DNA from: Octopus vulgaris
Taxonomy: Eukaryota
Direction of reading: 5' to 3'
Length of the DNA: 64,000 bases
Assembly (NCBI GenBank): GCA_951406725.2
Contig: OX597826.1
Span: forward strand, 41,540,001-41,604,000
Positions 15,014 to 27,386 of the stretch are shown here, one piece after another. Under the pieces are notes generated by a model. It was not told the origin of the DNA. It searched no databases and saw nothing but the letters and a program-made list of their open reading frames with translations. Positions within the stretch are counted from its first letter, which is position 1. Every line of letters starts with the position of its first letter. The translations under genes were made by a program, and so were the position numbers.

Positions 15014-15420
15014 CTCTTTTACTCTTTTACTCTTTTACTTGTTTCAGTCATTTGACTGCGGCCATGCTGGAGCACCGCCTTTTAGTCGAGCAAATCGATC
15101 CCGGGACTTATTCTTTGTAAGCCCAGTACTTATTCTATCGGTCTCTTTTTCCGAACCGCTAAGAGACGGGGACGTAAACACACCAGCATCGGTTGTCAAG
15201 CAATGCTAGGGGGACAAACACAGACACACAAGCACATACACACACATATATATATATACGACAGGGTTCTTTCAGTTTCCGTCTACCAAATCCACTCACA
15301 AGGCATTGGTCCGCCCGGGGCTATAGCAGAAGACACTGGCCCAAGATGTCACGCAGTGGGACTGAACCCGGAACCATGTGGTTGATTAGCAAGCTACTTA
15401 CCACACAGCCACTCCTGCAC
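15014..15420 (-). mobile_element. tRNA-derived SINE family A, full length
   Basis: Head GCAGGAGTGGCTGTGTGGTAAG..GGTTCAGTCCC (A/B box-like), CORE-like CTTGGGC.AGTGTCTT, internal (TA)/(TG) tract, tail GACTGAAACAAGTAAAAGAG; about 10 copies in the window. Confidence 0.9.
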
Positions 15421-15759
15421 CATTTCTCTTATATGGATAAAGAATACGAAAAAAGAAAAAAGAAAAATGTTATGCGGTATTTGTTCCGGCGCTTTACGTT
15501 CTGAGTTCAAAACCCGTCAAAGACACCCATAGCTTTACATCCTTCCAGAATCGAGAAAATAAAGTACCAGTGACTTACTGGGACCGATTTTATCAACCAT
15601 TTTACCCTAAAAAAAGATGATCTAATGAATAAGTGAGGAACCATTCCTATTTCTGGATATCTAAATGACATTTTATTTATTTATTGAGGATAAAAATAAG
15701 GAAAAGAAGAGGAAAACAAAATATATATGCGAGCGATGTCTACTTATATATAATAGATA

Positions 15760-15817
<58 letters not shown>

Positions 15818-15818
<1 letters not shown>

Positions 15819-15951
15819 CAGGCTTCTTTCAGTTTCCGTCTACCAAATCCACTCACAAAGCTTTGGTCGGTCCGAGGTTATAGTAGAAGACACTTGCCCA
15901 AGGTGCCATTCAGTGGGACTTGGTAAGCAAGTTACTTACCACACAGCCACA
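15818..15951 (-). mobile_element. SINE family A, 5' half
   Basis: Matches the 15014 copy. Confidence 0.8.
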
Positions 15952-16081
15952 CTTAGTATACAAAATTTATGTTTATATACAAAATATATACATGATATAC
16001 ATTTATATACAAGATATATATAACACACAGACTTATATATATATATATAGAATATATATAAATATACATACATACATATTT

Positions 16082-16435
16082 ATAGCTTGCTTACCAACCA
16101 CATAGTTCCGGGTTCAGTCCCTCTGCGTGGCACCTTGGGCAAGTGACTTCTACTATAGCCTCGAGCCGACCAAACCCTTGTGAGTGGATTTGGTAGACGG
16201 AAACTGAAAAGAAGCCCGTCGTATATATGTGTGTGTGTTTGTGTGTTTGTCCCCCTAGCATCGCTTGACAACCGATGCTGGTGTGTTTGCGTCCCCGTAA
16301 CAGTTCGGCAAAAGAGACCGATTGAATAAGTACTAGGCTTACAAAGAATAAGTCCTGGGGTCGATTTGGTCGACTAAAGGCGGTGGTCCAGCATGTCCAC
16401 AGTCAAATGACTGAAACAAGTAAAAGAATAAAAGA

Positions 16436-16438
<3 letters not shown>
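16082..16438 (+). mobile_element. SINE family A
   Basis: Matches the 15014 copy in opposite orientation. Confidence 0.9.
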
Positions 16439-16493
<55 letters not shown>

Positions 16494-16996
16494 TTATGTA
16501 TGTATGTATGTATGTATGTTTGTATGTATGTATGTATGTATGCTTGTATGCATCTATGTATGTTTGTACACTTCAAAAGAAAACTATAGAACAACGAAGT
16601 TTTTATATCCGTAAAAGTGCATCCATCCCTCCGCTCCTGAAGACAATTGTAATTTCCTCCATTTTAATCTGTTTATGATTAAATAATTAAAAAAAAATAT
16701 AAATATAAAAGAAAAGTGAAAACATTTACACGGATGTACTGTCTTTCTTGCGGGCAAAATACTTCTAGGACAACAATATTCAATGTCATGACCATTCTGC
16801 CATTAGAGTCATCCGCGCTATAATCTATAAATCTATGTAATCGAATACCTCCCGACCACATTTTAAATCAGAAAAATGTAACTGGAGGGTGATTTGGCTG
16901 TTATTTCCAGCAGGTTGATTGTGCATATGTAAGCATCTTCTTCATTAGTTTAAAAGATCCGGATTTCATGATGTGTATGTGCGTGTGTGTGAGTAC

Positions 16997-17070
<74 letters not shown>

Positions 17071-17131
17071 GTTTCTGTCTGTCGGTCTTTCTCTCTCTCT
17101 CCCTCTCTCTCTCTCTTTCTCTCTCTGTTTC

Positions 17132-17173
<42 letters not shown>

Positions 17174-17315
17174 GATACACATATACATACATAGTGGCCG
17201 AAAAGTTACACACCAAAACACTTGACATTTTTTTTTATGTATATTACGTTATTATCATCGGATTGTAGTTTCTAAGTATTGACCTATCATCATTATTATA
17301 ATTACTATTAATGAG

Positions 17316-18072
17316 GGTGGCGAGATGGCAGAAACGTTAGCACGCCGGGCGAAATGCGTAGCTGTATTTCGTCTGCCATTACGTTCTGAGTTCAAATTCC
17401 GCCGAGGTCGACTTTGCCTTTCATCCTTTCGGGGTCGATTAAATAAGTACCAGTTGTGCACTAGGGTCGATATAAGCGACTTAATCCGTTTGTCTGTCCT
17501 TATTTGTCCTCTCTGTGTTTAGCCCCTTTAGGTAGTAAAGAAATAGGCATTTCGGCTGCCGCTACGTTCTGAGTTCAAATTCTGCCGACGTTGACTTTGC
17601 CTTTCGGGGTCGATTAAATAAGTACCAGTTGCGCACTGGGGTCGATCTGATCGACTTAATCCGTTTGTCTGTCCTTGTTTGTCCGCTCTGTGTTTAGCCC
17701 CTTGTGGGTAGTAAAGAAATAGGTATTTCGTCTGCCGCTACGTTCTGAGTTCAAATTCCACCGAGGTCAGCGTTGCCTTTCTTCCTTTCGGGGTCGATAA
17801 ATTAAGAACCAGTGAAGCACTAGGTCGATGTGTTCGACTAGTCCTCTCCCCCAAAATTTCAGGCCTAGTGCCTTTAGTAGAAAGGCTTCTTCTTCTTCTT
17901 CTTCTTCTTCTTCTTCTTCTTCTTCTTCTTCTTCTTCTCTTTCGCCGAGGACGACTTTGTCTTTCATCCTTTCAGTGTCGATGAAATAAGTACCAGTTAC
18001 GCATTGGGGTCAATGTAATCGACTAGCTCTCTCTCCCACAAAATGTCGGGCCTTGTACCTATAATAGAAAGG
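17316..18072 (+). mobile_element. SINE family B tandem multimer (one full unit plus three head-truncated units)
   Basis: Head GGCGAG.TGGCAGAAACGTTAGCAC; B box GAGTTCAAATTC in the first three units; four copies of the GTCGAT..AAGTACCAGTT..GGGGTC.AT body. Confidence 0.9.
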
Positions 18073-18503
18073 AAATTGAGAGCGGAGAGGGAAGTGCTGT
18101 CCTCGAGTGAGTATGTCGAAAGATGGGTGTAATTTGAGAAAATGGCAAGAGTGGACGGTACCTCTCTAAGTGTAGACCTGTGAGTCAGAGAGAAGGAATT
18201 GGAGAGGGCACTTGCTCCTGGGGTTCCAAGGAAATCTCGGACATTGGGGTTCTTCGATTATCCCCAGAGGCCTTCCTGTATCAGGAGGGCCACATCTCTA
18301 TTATCTTCCCTGACACTTTTTTTAAACCTTTATATGCTATGCATACATCACTTCGTTTTCAGTGTGTAGTGTGTATAATTTCTTTTACTTAACAAAAAAT
18401 TTCTTCTTATTTTTAATAATTTCCTTTTATGTAAAATCCCCAGACTTTATGTCTGACTTCCTATTGTCTTGTCCCCCTCATCATTCGCCCTTGTGGCAAA
18501 TAA
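18070..18503 (+). mobile_element. LINE 3' end (L1/Tx1-like, inferred), ORF2 C-terminus plus 3' UTR
   Basis: Translates RKLRAEREVLSSSEYVERWV*FEKMARVDGTSLSVDL*, alignable to the peptide at 21209-21340; similar UTR end CTTGTCCC..GCCCTTGTGGCAAATAA. Confidence 0.5.
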
Positions 18504-18808
18504 TTTGAAGGGTAACTAACTGTTCTTTCTCACAGGAGAAACAAGCGTATAGGGGTGCCACAACAGGTGACCAGGGGAAATTGAAATGGAAGTTGTGACG
18601 GTCATGTAGTGCCATGGTGCAGTAAACAGGAACTACGGAGACTAGGACCATAAATCGAACTGGATCTGCTATCTTTTGAAATCGTCATCTACAATAAAAA
18701 TCCCGTCATACATACATACATGAATGCATCTACATATATACATATACACAGGCACACACGCACACACACACACACAGAGGCAGAGACACACACAGGCACA
18801 CACATACA

Positions 18809-18856
<48 letters not shown>

Positions 18857-18951
18857 GTGTGTGTGTGTGTGTATATATATATACATATATATGTATGCAT
18901 ACATATATATATATATATATATATATGTATGCATATATGTATATATATATA

Positions 18952-19023
18952 TACTTTATTTGAGTACCACTGGTATTTGAGTACTCTTTTTTCCACCTTG
19001 TTTCACATTTATGTGTTTACTCC

Positions 19024-19024
<1 letters not shown>
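18952..19024 (+). mobile_element. Truncated copy of the 20148 foldback element lacking the hairpin
   Basis: TGGTATTTGAGTACTC..CCACCTTGTTTCACATTTATGTGTTTACTC matches 20328-20380; (TA)n on both sides. Confidence 0.7.
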
Positions 19025-19075
<51 letters not shown>

Positions 19076-19189
19076 CACGTATGCATAAATATATAGATAA
19101 ATACATACATTCATACATACATGCATTCATGTACATTTACACATATATATTCTACATCTATACATTCACACTGTCATAGAGGTAAGTTG

Positions 19190-19499
19190 TGGAGGCACAT
19201 GGCCTAGTGGTTAGAGCAGCGGACTCGCGGTCGAGGGATCGCGGGTTCGAATCACAGACCGGGCGATGTATGTGTTTATGAGCGAAAACTCCTAAGCTCC
19301 ACGCAGCTTCGGCAGAAGGTAATGGCGAACTTCTGCTGACTCTTTCGCCACAACTTTCTCTCACTCTTTCCTCCTGCATCTTGCAGCTCATCTGCGACGG
19401 ACCGGCGTCCCGTCCAGGTGGGGAACCTATACGCCAAGGAAAGTGGGAAACCGGCCCTTATGAGCCAGGCATGGCTCGAGAAGGAACAACAAAAAAAAA
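19190..19499 (+). mobile_element. tRNA-derived SINE with Meta-domain-like body (family C), 14 bp TSD
   Basis: A box TGGCCTAGTGG, B box GGTTCGAATC, CTGCGACGGACCGGCGTCCCGTCCAGG (resembles the MetaSINE domain), A-rich tail, TSD ATAGAGGTAAGTTG at 19176-19189 and 19500-19513. Confidence 0.85.
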
Positions 19500-19909
19500 A
19501 TAGAGGTAAGTTGCCCGGTGGACGAAAACAACTCTTCGAAAATCAGCAAGAAGGACAATATCTATGGAGAATTGCTTTGAAAGCAGTGGTTCCTCTAGCC
19601 GGATCATAAATTCACATTCATAGTAATAATTATCTACGAAATTGGTTATGATACTAAATATCTTCGTCATAATCCAGAGAAGCTAGGGTTTTCAAGCAAG
19701 GAAAGAGGCCAGCAGATTCAGTCTGTAAGTGGAAGAGTAAAACTATCTAAAACTTTCTCAAAGTTCGATATGTAACAAATATCGTTGCTGCTATCCAGAC
19801 GCTAATGATGAGGCTTCTGTTTCTTTGTTACAAACTAAAGCACGCACGCGCACACACACACAGAGTTAGAGGGCGATGTAATAAATGAACAAACATACAC
19901 ATTTATGTG

Positions 19910-20084
<175 letters not shown>

Positions 20085-20116
20085 GCACATACACAAATAT
20101 ACACATACACATATAC

Positions 20117-20147
<31 letters not shown>

Positions 20148-20380
20148 CTTTATTGAAAAGCAGCAGAAATATCACAAAAACTGTTACTCAGAGTTACGTT
20201 CGCGTTCGTCAGACAGTTTAGTTAGAATGATTCTAACAAAACTGTCCGACGAACGGGAACATGAAACTCTGAGTAACAGTTCTTGTGATATTTCTGCTGC
20301 TTTTCAATAAAGCATATTACTCTACCTCTGGCATTTGAGTACTCATTTTCCCACCTTGTTTCACATTTATATGTTTACTC
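20148..20380 (+). mobile_element. Foldback Penelope-like element: 165 bp near-perfect palindrome carrying a hammerhead motif in each arm
   Basis: CTTTATTGAAAAGCAGCAGAAATATCACAA..CTGTTACTCAGAGTT and its reverse complement at 20265-20312; centre GTTAGAAT-G-ATTCTAAC; begins at the end of a (TA)n tract. Confidence 0.8.
20241..20280 (+). ncRNA. Minimal type I hammerhead ribozyme motif (degenerate; mirror copy 20180-20217 on -)
   Basis: Two-arm consensus ACTGT CTGACGA ACG-[C/G]GAA-CGT GAAA CTC-T-GAG TA ACAGT; the + copy has CCGACGA and the - copy has lost GA of GAAA. Confidence 0.65.
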
Positions 20381-20442
20381 AGGTGATAGATCGCTAGCCA
20401 CTACACATTCTTTATTTTCTCTCCCCGTTTCTTTCTGTGTTC

Positions 20443-20478
20443 CTTTCTGTGAAAGAGCGTAGGCTCGAAACGTTAAAG
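20443..20478 (+). ncRNA. Degenerate minimal hammerhead motif
   Basis: CTTT CTGTGAAA GAGC-GTAG-GCTC GAAA CG TT AAAG: stems I, II and III intact, core deviates from CUGANGA. Confidence 0.45.
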
Positions 20479-20788
20479 ACACACCACCTGTCTTCGTTTT
20501 TTGATTTTTTATGAATTCTCCATATATATACACACACACACACACATATGTATATATGTATATATATGTATATATGCACACATATATAAACATGTACATA
20601 TACACAAATATGTACATATAATATTTTCCAGTATTTTTCAACTCTTATGCATAGGTCATACAAATAAAATATCGACGTACGACTTTGGAGTACGGGAATA
20701 AGTAGATGTGCTTTAAGAGGACACAGCTTGGATTACAACACTATGAACATTATATATGTATATATGTACACATACATGTGTGTATGTA

Positions 20789-20820
<32 letters not shown>

Positions 20821-21147
20821 CACACACATATCTACGTACACATACACACATACGTATACAAGTACGCACTTCAAACACTCACCAGTGCGTGTGCACACTT
20901 ATACAACTACGTATACATTTGTCACTGTATCTGTCTGTATTGAAGTTAGTCTAATAAAGCTCCACTTGCTGCTTACACGTATCTGTGTGAGTGTGCGTAC
21001 GTGCTGTTCGTTTGCGTGTGTGTGCTGTTCGTGTGCGTGTGTGTGTGTGAGTGAGTGAGTGAGTGAGTGTGTTTTATCTGCATATAAAGAACGTTGCATA
21101 TGTATCATTAATGGTGTAGTCTATGTTTATCTTTATGCATGCATGTA

Positions 21148-21208
<61 letters not shown>

Positions 21209-21209
<1 letters not shown>

Positions 21210-21787
21210 AGTACCACTTGAAAAGGAAAGTGAGAGTAGAGAGGCAAGTTTTGTCTAGCGAATGTTTTAAAAAAAGATGGGTGAATGTAGCAAGGATGGC
21301 ACGTATGAATGACGAAGCCACCTTGAGCATAATCCTATGAACCCAGAAATCGAAAACAGAGGGTTACCCACTTGCAAACAAATGTGGTAACATATAACAA
21401 TATTGACCAAGGTTACCGTGGTCTTTTTCGTAGGCTTTTCTTCCCACAGATAAACCTTACTTGCTTTCCCCTTTACACCATACATCATAATACTGTGATA
21501 CACAATCCCTATTCATCGTTTTTTTTCCTCTTCCCCTTTCTTCCCCTTTTTTTCTTCTTTTTTTCATTTCTCTTTTCTTTTGTTCCTTTTCCTTTTTTTC
21601 TTTTTTTTCTTTTCTTTTTATTTTATTTTTTGTTCTTTTTTTCCCTTTTACGATCCCTTTTGATCGAAAACCTACGCCACCTTTTTTTTGTTTCTTTTGT
21701 TTTTTGTTTTTTTCATCTTCCAAAAGAAAAGCTCTCCCTTGTAACTTGTCCCATCTGTGTGCAGCCCCGTGTGGCCAATAAATAAAC
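21209..21787 (+). mobile_element. LINE 3' end (L1/Tx1-like, inferred) embedded in a (TATC)n microsatellite
   Basis: KYHLKRKVRVERQVLSSECFKKRWVNVARMARMNDEATLSIIL* followed by a T-rich UTR and AATAAA; (TATC)n on both sides; homologous to the 18070 fragment. Confidence 0.55.
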
Positions 21788-21798
21788 TTATCTATCTA

Positions 21799-21829
<31 letters not shown>

Positions 21830-22157
21830 GCCTATCTATCTATCTATCTATCTATCTACGAGTATATATATGTACACAGACATAAGAGAAGTAAATAGAC
21901 TCTTCATAAAACATCGGCTTATGTTTATTCTAACTTGTAATGGTTTAAATTCTTTTTATTAATTAATATTTTTATGTTTCGGATTCTATAAGTGACTGTT
22001 TAATCATGCTATGTACAAAGAAACTATATGAAGGCACGTGAACTAGTGGTTAGAGTACTGTACTCACGATTGCTAGATCGAGGGTTCGATTCTCGGTCCG
22101 AGCGCATGTCACCATCCGATAGTCAGGTCAATATTCATACATACACACATACGCACG

Positions 22158-22206
<49 letters not shown>

Positions 22207-22329
22207 TTACATATAAATACATGCATGGATATATATATGCACAACTCCACACACATATACCTGCATATACATGCATCTCATTTTCACAGATATATTTACC
22301 AAAATTACGTAAAAAATATCTTGATATAC

Positions 22330-23108
22330 TAAAGAGTAAATTTATTCAATAAAATCGCCATTGGCTTCAACCACGGCCTCCAATCGACTTCGGAATCTCC
22401 TGCAACTCTTCTGGACAGTCTCCTTGTCTAAGTTGGTGGATGCTGCCATAATCCTTGCCTTCAGTTCATCTCTGGTGTTACAAGGAGTTTGTTGGTTTCT
22501 CGCTCAGCTGCGACCCACACATAATAATCAAGGGGGTTGCAGTCTAGGGACTTACGTGGCCAGATGTTAGGGGGTGATGTGGTTGCAGAAATTGTCTGAC
22601 AGCCATGACTGTGTTCTCCTGCTTGTGTGGCATGGTGCAGAGCCCTGTTGCCAGACATAGGCGTCTTCCGGCAGCCACCCTCTTCACTCAGAACAGCAGT
22701 ACCTCCTTCAGGCACTTGATGTAGGCCTCTATGTTGAGTGTGACGCCGTGTGGGAAGATGAGTAGAGGAATAACGTTACCATCACTAGTGATCACTCCAA
22801 ACACCATGATGTTGACTGGATGTTTGATTTTTATCACTCGGTATATTATGTCTTCAGTTTACAACGCGCTCAGATTGACACCCAAACACTCTGAAATGTT
22901 CGTATTGGAGCTTGCGGCGCGAATGCCAAGCAGTATAGCATATCATTTCCAAATTTCTGGCAGAGTGAATTGCGTCATGGTGCTGATTTTCTCACAGGCG
23001 GTACCCAACTGACCCTACTATACTGTGTAGTCGACAAAATCAAAAACAAACAATGAGCATGCACAAAATAAAAATATGAAGTAGCGACAACTTACCCATC
23101 GCACCCTG
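22330..23108 (-). mobile_element. Tc1/mariner-superfamily transposon remnant (maT/DD37D-like), frameshifted and internally deleted
   Basis: Peptides KHPVNIMVFGVITSDG, SAPCHTS, NIWPRKSLDCNPLDYYVW (WPPNSPDxNPLDY motif); terminus TA|CAGGGTGCGATGGG at 23108; the other TIR was not found. Confidence 0.85.
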
Positions 23109-23113
23109 TATAC

Positions 23114-23296
<183 letters not shown>

Positions 23297-23405
23297 CATA
23301 CACGTATACATTGAAGATATAATCCTTAAAATGATTATACCAGTGGCCAGCGTATAAAAAACACCCTATCGGTAAAATGAATATTTAAGCATATAATTAT
23401 AAATA

Positions 23406-23564
23406 TATAATTATAATTAAGGCCACTGGAGGGGCAATGGCAATACGTTAGAGGTAGATGTCAAATGTCTACAATGGAGAACAAATAAGAGTCGTTTGTA
23501 AACATTTGACATCTAATTCTAACGTTTTGGTGTTGTCCATCCAGCGCCCTTAATTATAATTATA
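23406..23564. mobile_element. Imperfect 160 bp foldback next to (TA)n
   Basis: TATAATTATAATTAAGG..CTGGA..ACGTTAGA..TAGATGTCAAATGT.TACAA / TTGTA.ACATTTGACATCTA..TCTAACGT..TCCAG..CCTTAATTATAATTATA; shares TTTGACATCT with the 36121 foldback. Confidence 0.6.
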
Positions 23565-23583
23565 AATTTATCATTATATACTA

Positions 23584-23627
<44 letters not shown>

Positions 23628-23629
<2 letters not shown>

Positions 23630-23900
23630 TTTGTTGTGCAAGATTTTTTATGTGAAGTCGTGTGTTGAAACAGATATTGTTATATTTCGGAATGGTCATA
23701 TTGCTAGTTTAGCCAATAAAAACACACGCACTATATATTTGGTGTTATTTTGCTTCAGTGTTATTTATTTTTTACATTAATCTTAATCTTATTTCGGCCA
23801 GAGTTCTTTCGTCACACTCCTGTGACCGCATCAGTGGTCCTTTGTTTTCTTCTTTCTTATTTGTGTCTCTCCTTACTAACCGTCAGCCATTTTGTATTTC
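23628..23900 (-). mobile_element. Hammerhead-bearing Penelope-like fragment (same family as 44290-44662)
   Basis: Minus strand 23840-23796: GGACCA CTGATGC G GTCACA-GGAG-TGTGAC GAAA GAACTC TGGCC; tail TAGTGCGTGTGTTT..TGACC..CTGTTTCAACAC..TCTTGCA shared with 44568-44655; flanked by (TA)n. Confidence 0.65.
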
Positions 23901-24350
23901 TATTGTATATATATATATATATATATGTTTGTATGTATGTATGTGTGTGTATATATATAAATCTACATATACACCTGATCTACATCGTGATCATATCTGT
24001 TAACACTTCCCATATGCATAAATACATTCTAATGTTATATCTGAATATGAACACAATCACTGCATATACACACGCATATACATCTAAACATATGCAGAGA
24101 ATAGAACATCCATCTATGTTCACACTGTTACCAGGCTGTTATCATATTGATTTATCTAGGGCAATTTAAGAATAAGACCCATGGCCACGGTTCCCCCTAA
24201 ATAGGATCCACCAAGAACTTGTGGCAGGCGGGGAAATGCATTCCCAGACCAGAAAACTACTTTAATATGTAGATCATCGTGGACATCTCTAAGGGGTCGA
24301 TTAATCCAGGAATCCAACAATAGAGAGGGAACCCTATGTCAAGCTTCTAC

Positions 24351-24675
24351 ACTATTTCCGTCTACCAAATTTAAGTCACAACACTTTGGTCATCGGATGA
24401 TAATGGCGGAACACACCTTTTCAACGCTTAGGGTTATGTTTCTCCATAACCTTAGGTTTCTGTTACTCCATCCTTGACCATTTTGTCTATTACCCAGTTT
24501 CACTTAACCGACGAGTATAATACTGTATGTATTCTTTTTTTAAGATATTAGGGGGTGAATTGGTGGAGATTCGGTTGCTATTTCATGCAGATTGATTAAC
24601 CGCCTAGATGCAACCAATCATCTTTTATATTTAACTCCTTGTTCAGCTAATATAGTCTTCTCTAACATATCTTTT
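24351..24675 (+). repeat. Local direct duplication, copy 1 (copy 2 at 28646-28961)
   Basis: About 320 bp near-identical, from ACTATTTCCGTCTACC to TATCTTTT. Confidence 0.9.
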
Positions 24676-24894
24676 ATTGGTTGATCGGCATTGTGGTAGT
24701 GACCACCCGTCTTGTTTTCGGTGATAAAATTTGCGAGGAATTTAGCTGATATATTTAGAAAAATCGAGCGAACATGTTAGGAGGCTTCTCGAAACAAAAG
24801 CTCGAAGAAATATGCCGCAACGTGGTCATTTTCGATTTGAACTGACCCAGGGTTATACAAGAAGAAGAAGCACAGCAGCTGCAGCAGCAGCAAC

Positions 24895-25079
24895 AGCCGT
24901 TCAAGAATTTGAACCTGGAGATCTCCATTTCCAGCGACTTTGAGGGCCACCTCCCAGTGGTGTCGGGCGTCAACGAAGAGCCCTCGACTACAAGACGACC
25001 AAAGTTTTTTTTTCCAAGTCTCGGGTCTCCCGCCCCTAAGCCCTAGACCATCACCTAATCACCTTTATCCGTCTTGTTG
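24895..25079. mobile_element. Unclassified 185 bp GC-rich element inside a (CAG/CAA)n microsatellite (second copy 52155-52344)
   Basis: Two highly similar copies 27 kb apart, both between trinucleotide tracts. Confidence 0.75.
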
Positions 25080-25102
25080 CTTAACAACAACAACAACAAC
25101 AA

Positions 25103-25144
<42 letters not shown>

Positions 25145-25380
25145 CAACAACAACAACAACGACAAGAACAATTCACATTAACAGTTTTCAATTTATCAAC
25201 CGCCCAAAACCTGTGTAGTTAAGTCTATGCTAAAATAATTAATTGTTAGTGTTAGAAGTTAGTTTTAACAGAATGAATAGTGTTAACATTGTTAATAGTT
25301 AGGTGTTAACACATTTAATGCAAAATACATAATAAACGCCTAATGAGAATTCATTATGAGATGAGATGAAAAATATCAAT

Positions 25381-25778
25381 ATTCTTTTCTACTCTAGGAA
25401 CAAGGCCCGAAAATTTTTGGAGATGGGGCCAGTCGATTAGATCGAACCCAGTACGCAACTAGTACTTAAATTATCGACCTCGAAAGGACGAAAGGAAAAG
25501 TCAACCTCGGCAGAATTTGAACTCAAAACGTAGAGTGATGAAATACCTATTTATTTACTACCCACAAGGGGCTAAACACAGAGAGGACAAACAAGGACTG
25601 ACAAACGGATTAAGTTGATTATATCGACCCCAGTGCGTAACTGGTACTTATTTAATCGACCCCGAAAGGATGAAAGGCAAAGTCGAGCTCGGCGGAATTT
25701 GAACTCAGAACGTAACAGCAGACAAAATACAGCTATGCATTTCGCCCGGCGTGCTAACGTTTCTGCCAGCTTGCCGCT
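25381..25778 (-). mobile_element. SINE family B dimer
   Basis: Reverse complement of the 17316 element, with the same internal AAATAGG-TATTTC junction. Confidence 0.9.
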
Positions 25779-25984
25779 TTGAAAAATATCAATATTAGTT
25801 AATGATTAATGTTGTTTTAATTGTTACATCATTGTACGTTCTGAGTTCAAAATCCGCTGAAGTCTTTCATGCTTCAGTGAATGGTAACAGTACCAGTGAA
25901 ATTTTGAGGTCGATTGAATTGTCTATTGTCATCTTCCAAAACATGAAATATGTACATCTGTTAAAATTAAAATCTTGGCTAGAA

Positions 25985-26178
25985 ATCTTGGCACAAGGTC
26001 AGCAGTTTTGGAGTGAGAGATTAAGTCGATTACTTTGACTCCACTGCTTGAGTGATAGACCCCGGAAGGATGAAAGGCAAAGTCAACCTCGGTGGAGTTT
26101 GAACTCAGAATGTAAAGACGGACGAAATGCCGTTAAGCATTTTGCCCGGGGTGCTAGCGATTTTGCCATCTTGCCGTC
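25985..26178 (-). mobile_element. SINE family B
   Basis: Matches the family B head and body. Confidence 0.75.
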
Positions 26179-27355
26179 TAGAATATTTAATGTAGGGCAA
26201 TGAAGGAGCAAAATCAGTAGAGCGGTAATTAATTACAGCTCTTTACCTTCTGGGTTCATATCACTTCAAGGTAGGTTTTGTGAACAATTCTTCTGGGGTT
26301 GATAAAGTACCAGTAAAATATTGCGGTTGATGTAATCGACTGTTTTCCCTGACCCCTTACAAATCTGAGGTCTTGTGTTTATGTACCACATAATGTAGTA
26401 AACATTAAAAAGCTAATTAAAACCAATTTCAATAGTGATTAATATATTATTTCGGATGACTATGAGAAGTAACTCTAGACATATCCCAGTCTTATTCTGA
26501 ACTCATCTTCACTATATTTTTTTTAATGTAGAGATGAAGGAATCCACAAGGAATGTAGCATAATGCACTCGGGTTGGCGCAGATAGAGAGATCTGTTTAG
26601 AGACTAAAGAACCCAGTAACACCATCTGCATATAAAAACAACGATGAAGTGAAGTGAATACAAGAATAACTATTTGTGTCTGTGTGTGTGTTTCACTGTA
26701 CTTACGTAAATGTCTAAATTTTCTGTATGCTTTATTTTTTGGAGAGAAGCGTGTTTGGATCTGTTAGTGCTACTACTTCTTTGTCAAGTGCCTCTCTCTC
26801 TCTCTTTCTCTTGAGGAAGCTATTTGCAGTGTATAAATATTGCATTTGTAATATTTGTCGAAAAGATTAACACCAGAAAAACAAAAGCGATCTTAGAGCA
26901 GACCTCTTCTCTACTCCAAGTAATGAGATGGACATCCAGCTGTTCTGAAACCCCTTGGTGGTAAAATATAGTACAAATAAAATATATTCTTTCTCCTATG
27001 TTAATTTTAGAGGTATGTACTTTCTGCACTGAGCTTTGAGCACGTGACTGACTTTTCACAATTAACAACAACAACAACAGCAGCAGAAGCAACAATAGCA
27101 ACAACAATAGCAGTAGTAGTAGCAACAATAATAGTTTATACTATAAAGGCCAGAAATGTGAGGGAGGAGGATCGTTAATTGTATGAACCCTAATAGTTGA
27201 CTGGTACTTCATGTTAGCGACCCTAGAGGGATGGCGTCTTCCATTTAATACGTGATGAGTCACAAAAGAAAGGTTGCAAAACAATGTAAAAGTGCAAACA
27301 TACATGCTTGCACACACACACACACACAGACACACGCACACACACACACACACAG

Positions 27356-27386
<31 letters not shown>

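Noticed and set aside
19190-19265. tRNA genes at SINE heads (19190, 33215-33287, 39837, 60830-60902)
   Set aside because: No proper acceptor stem or T-run terminator; they continue into SINE bodies, most with TSDs
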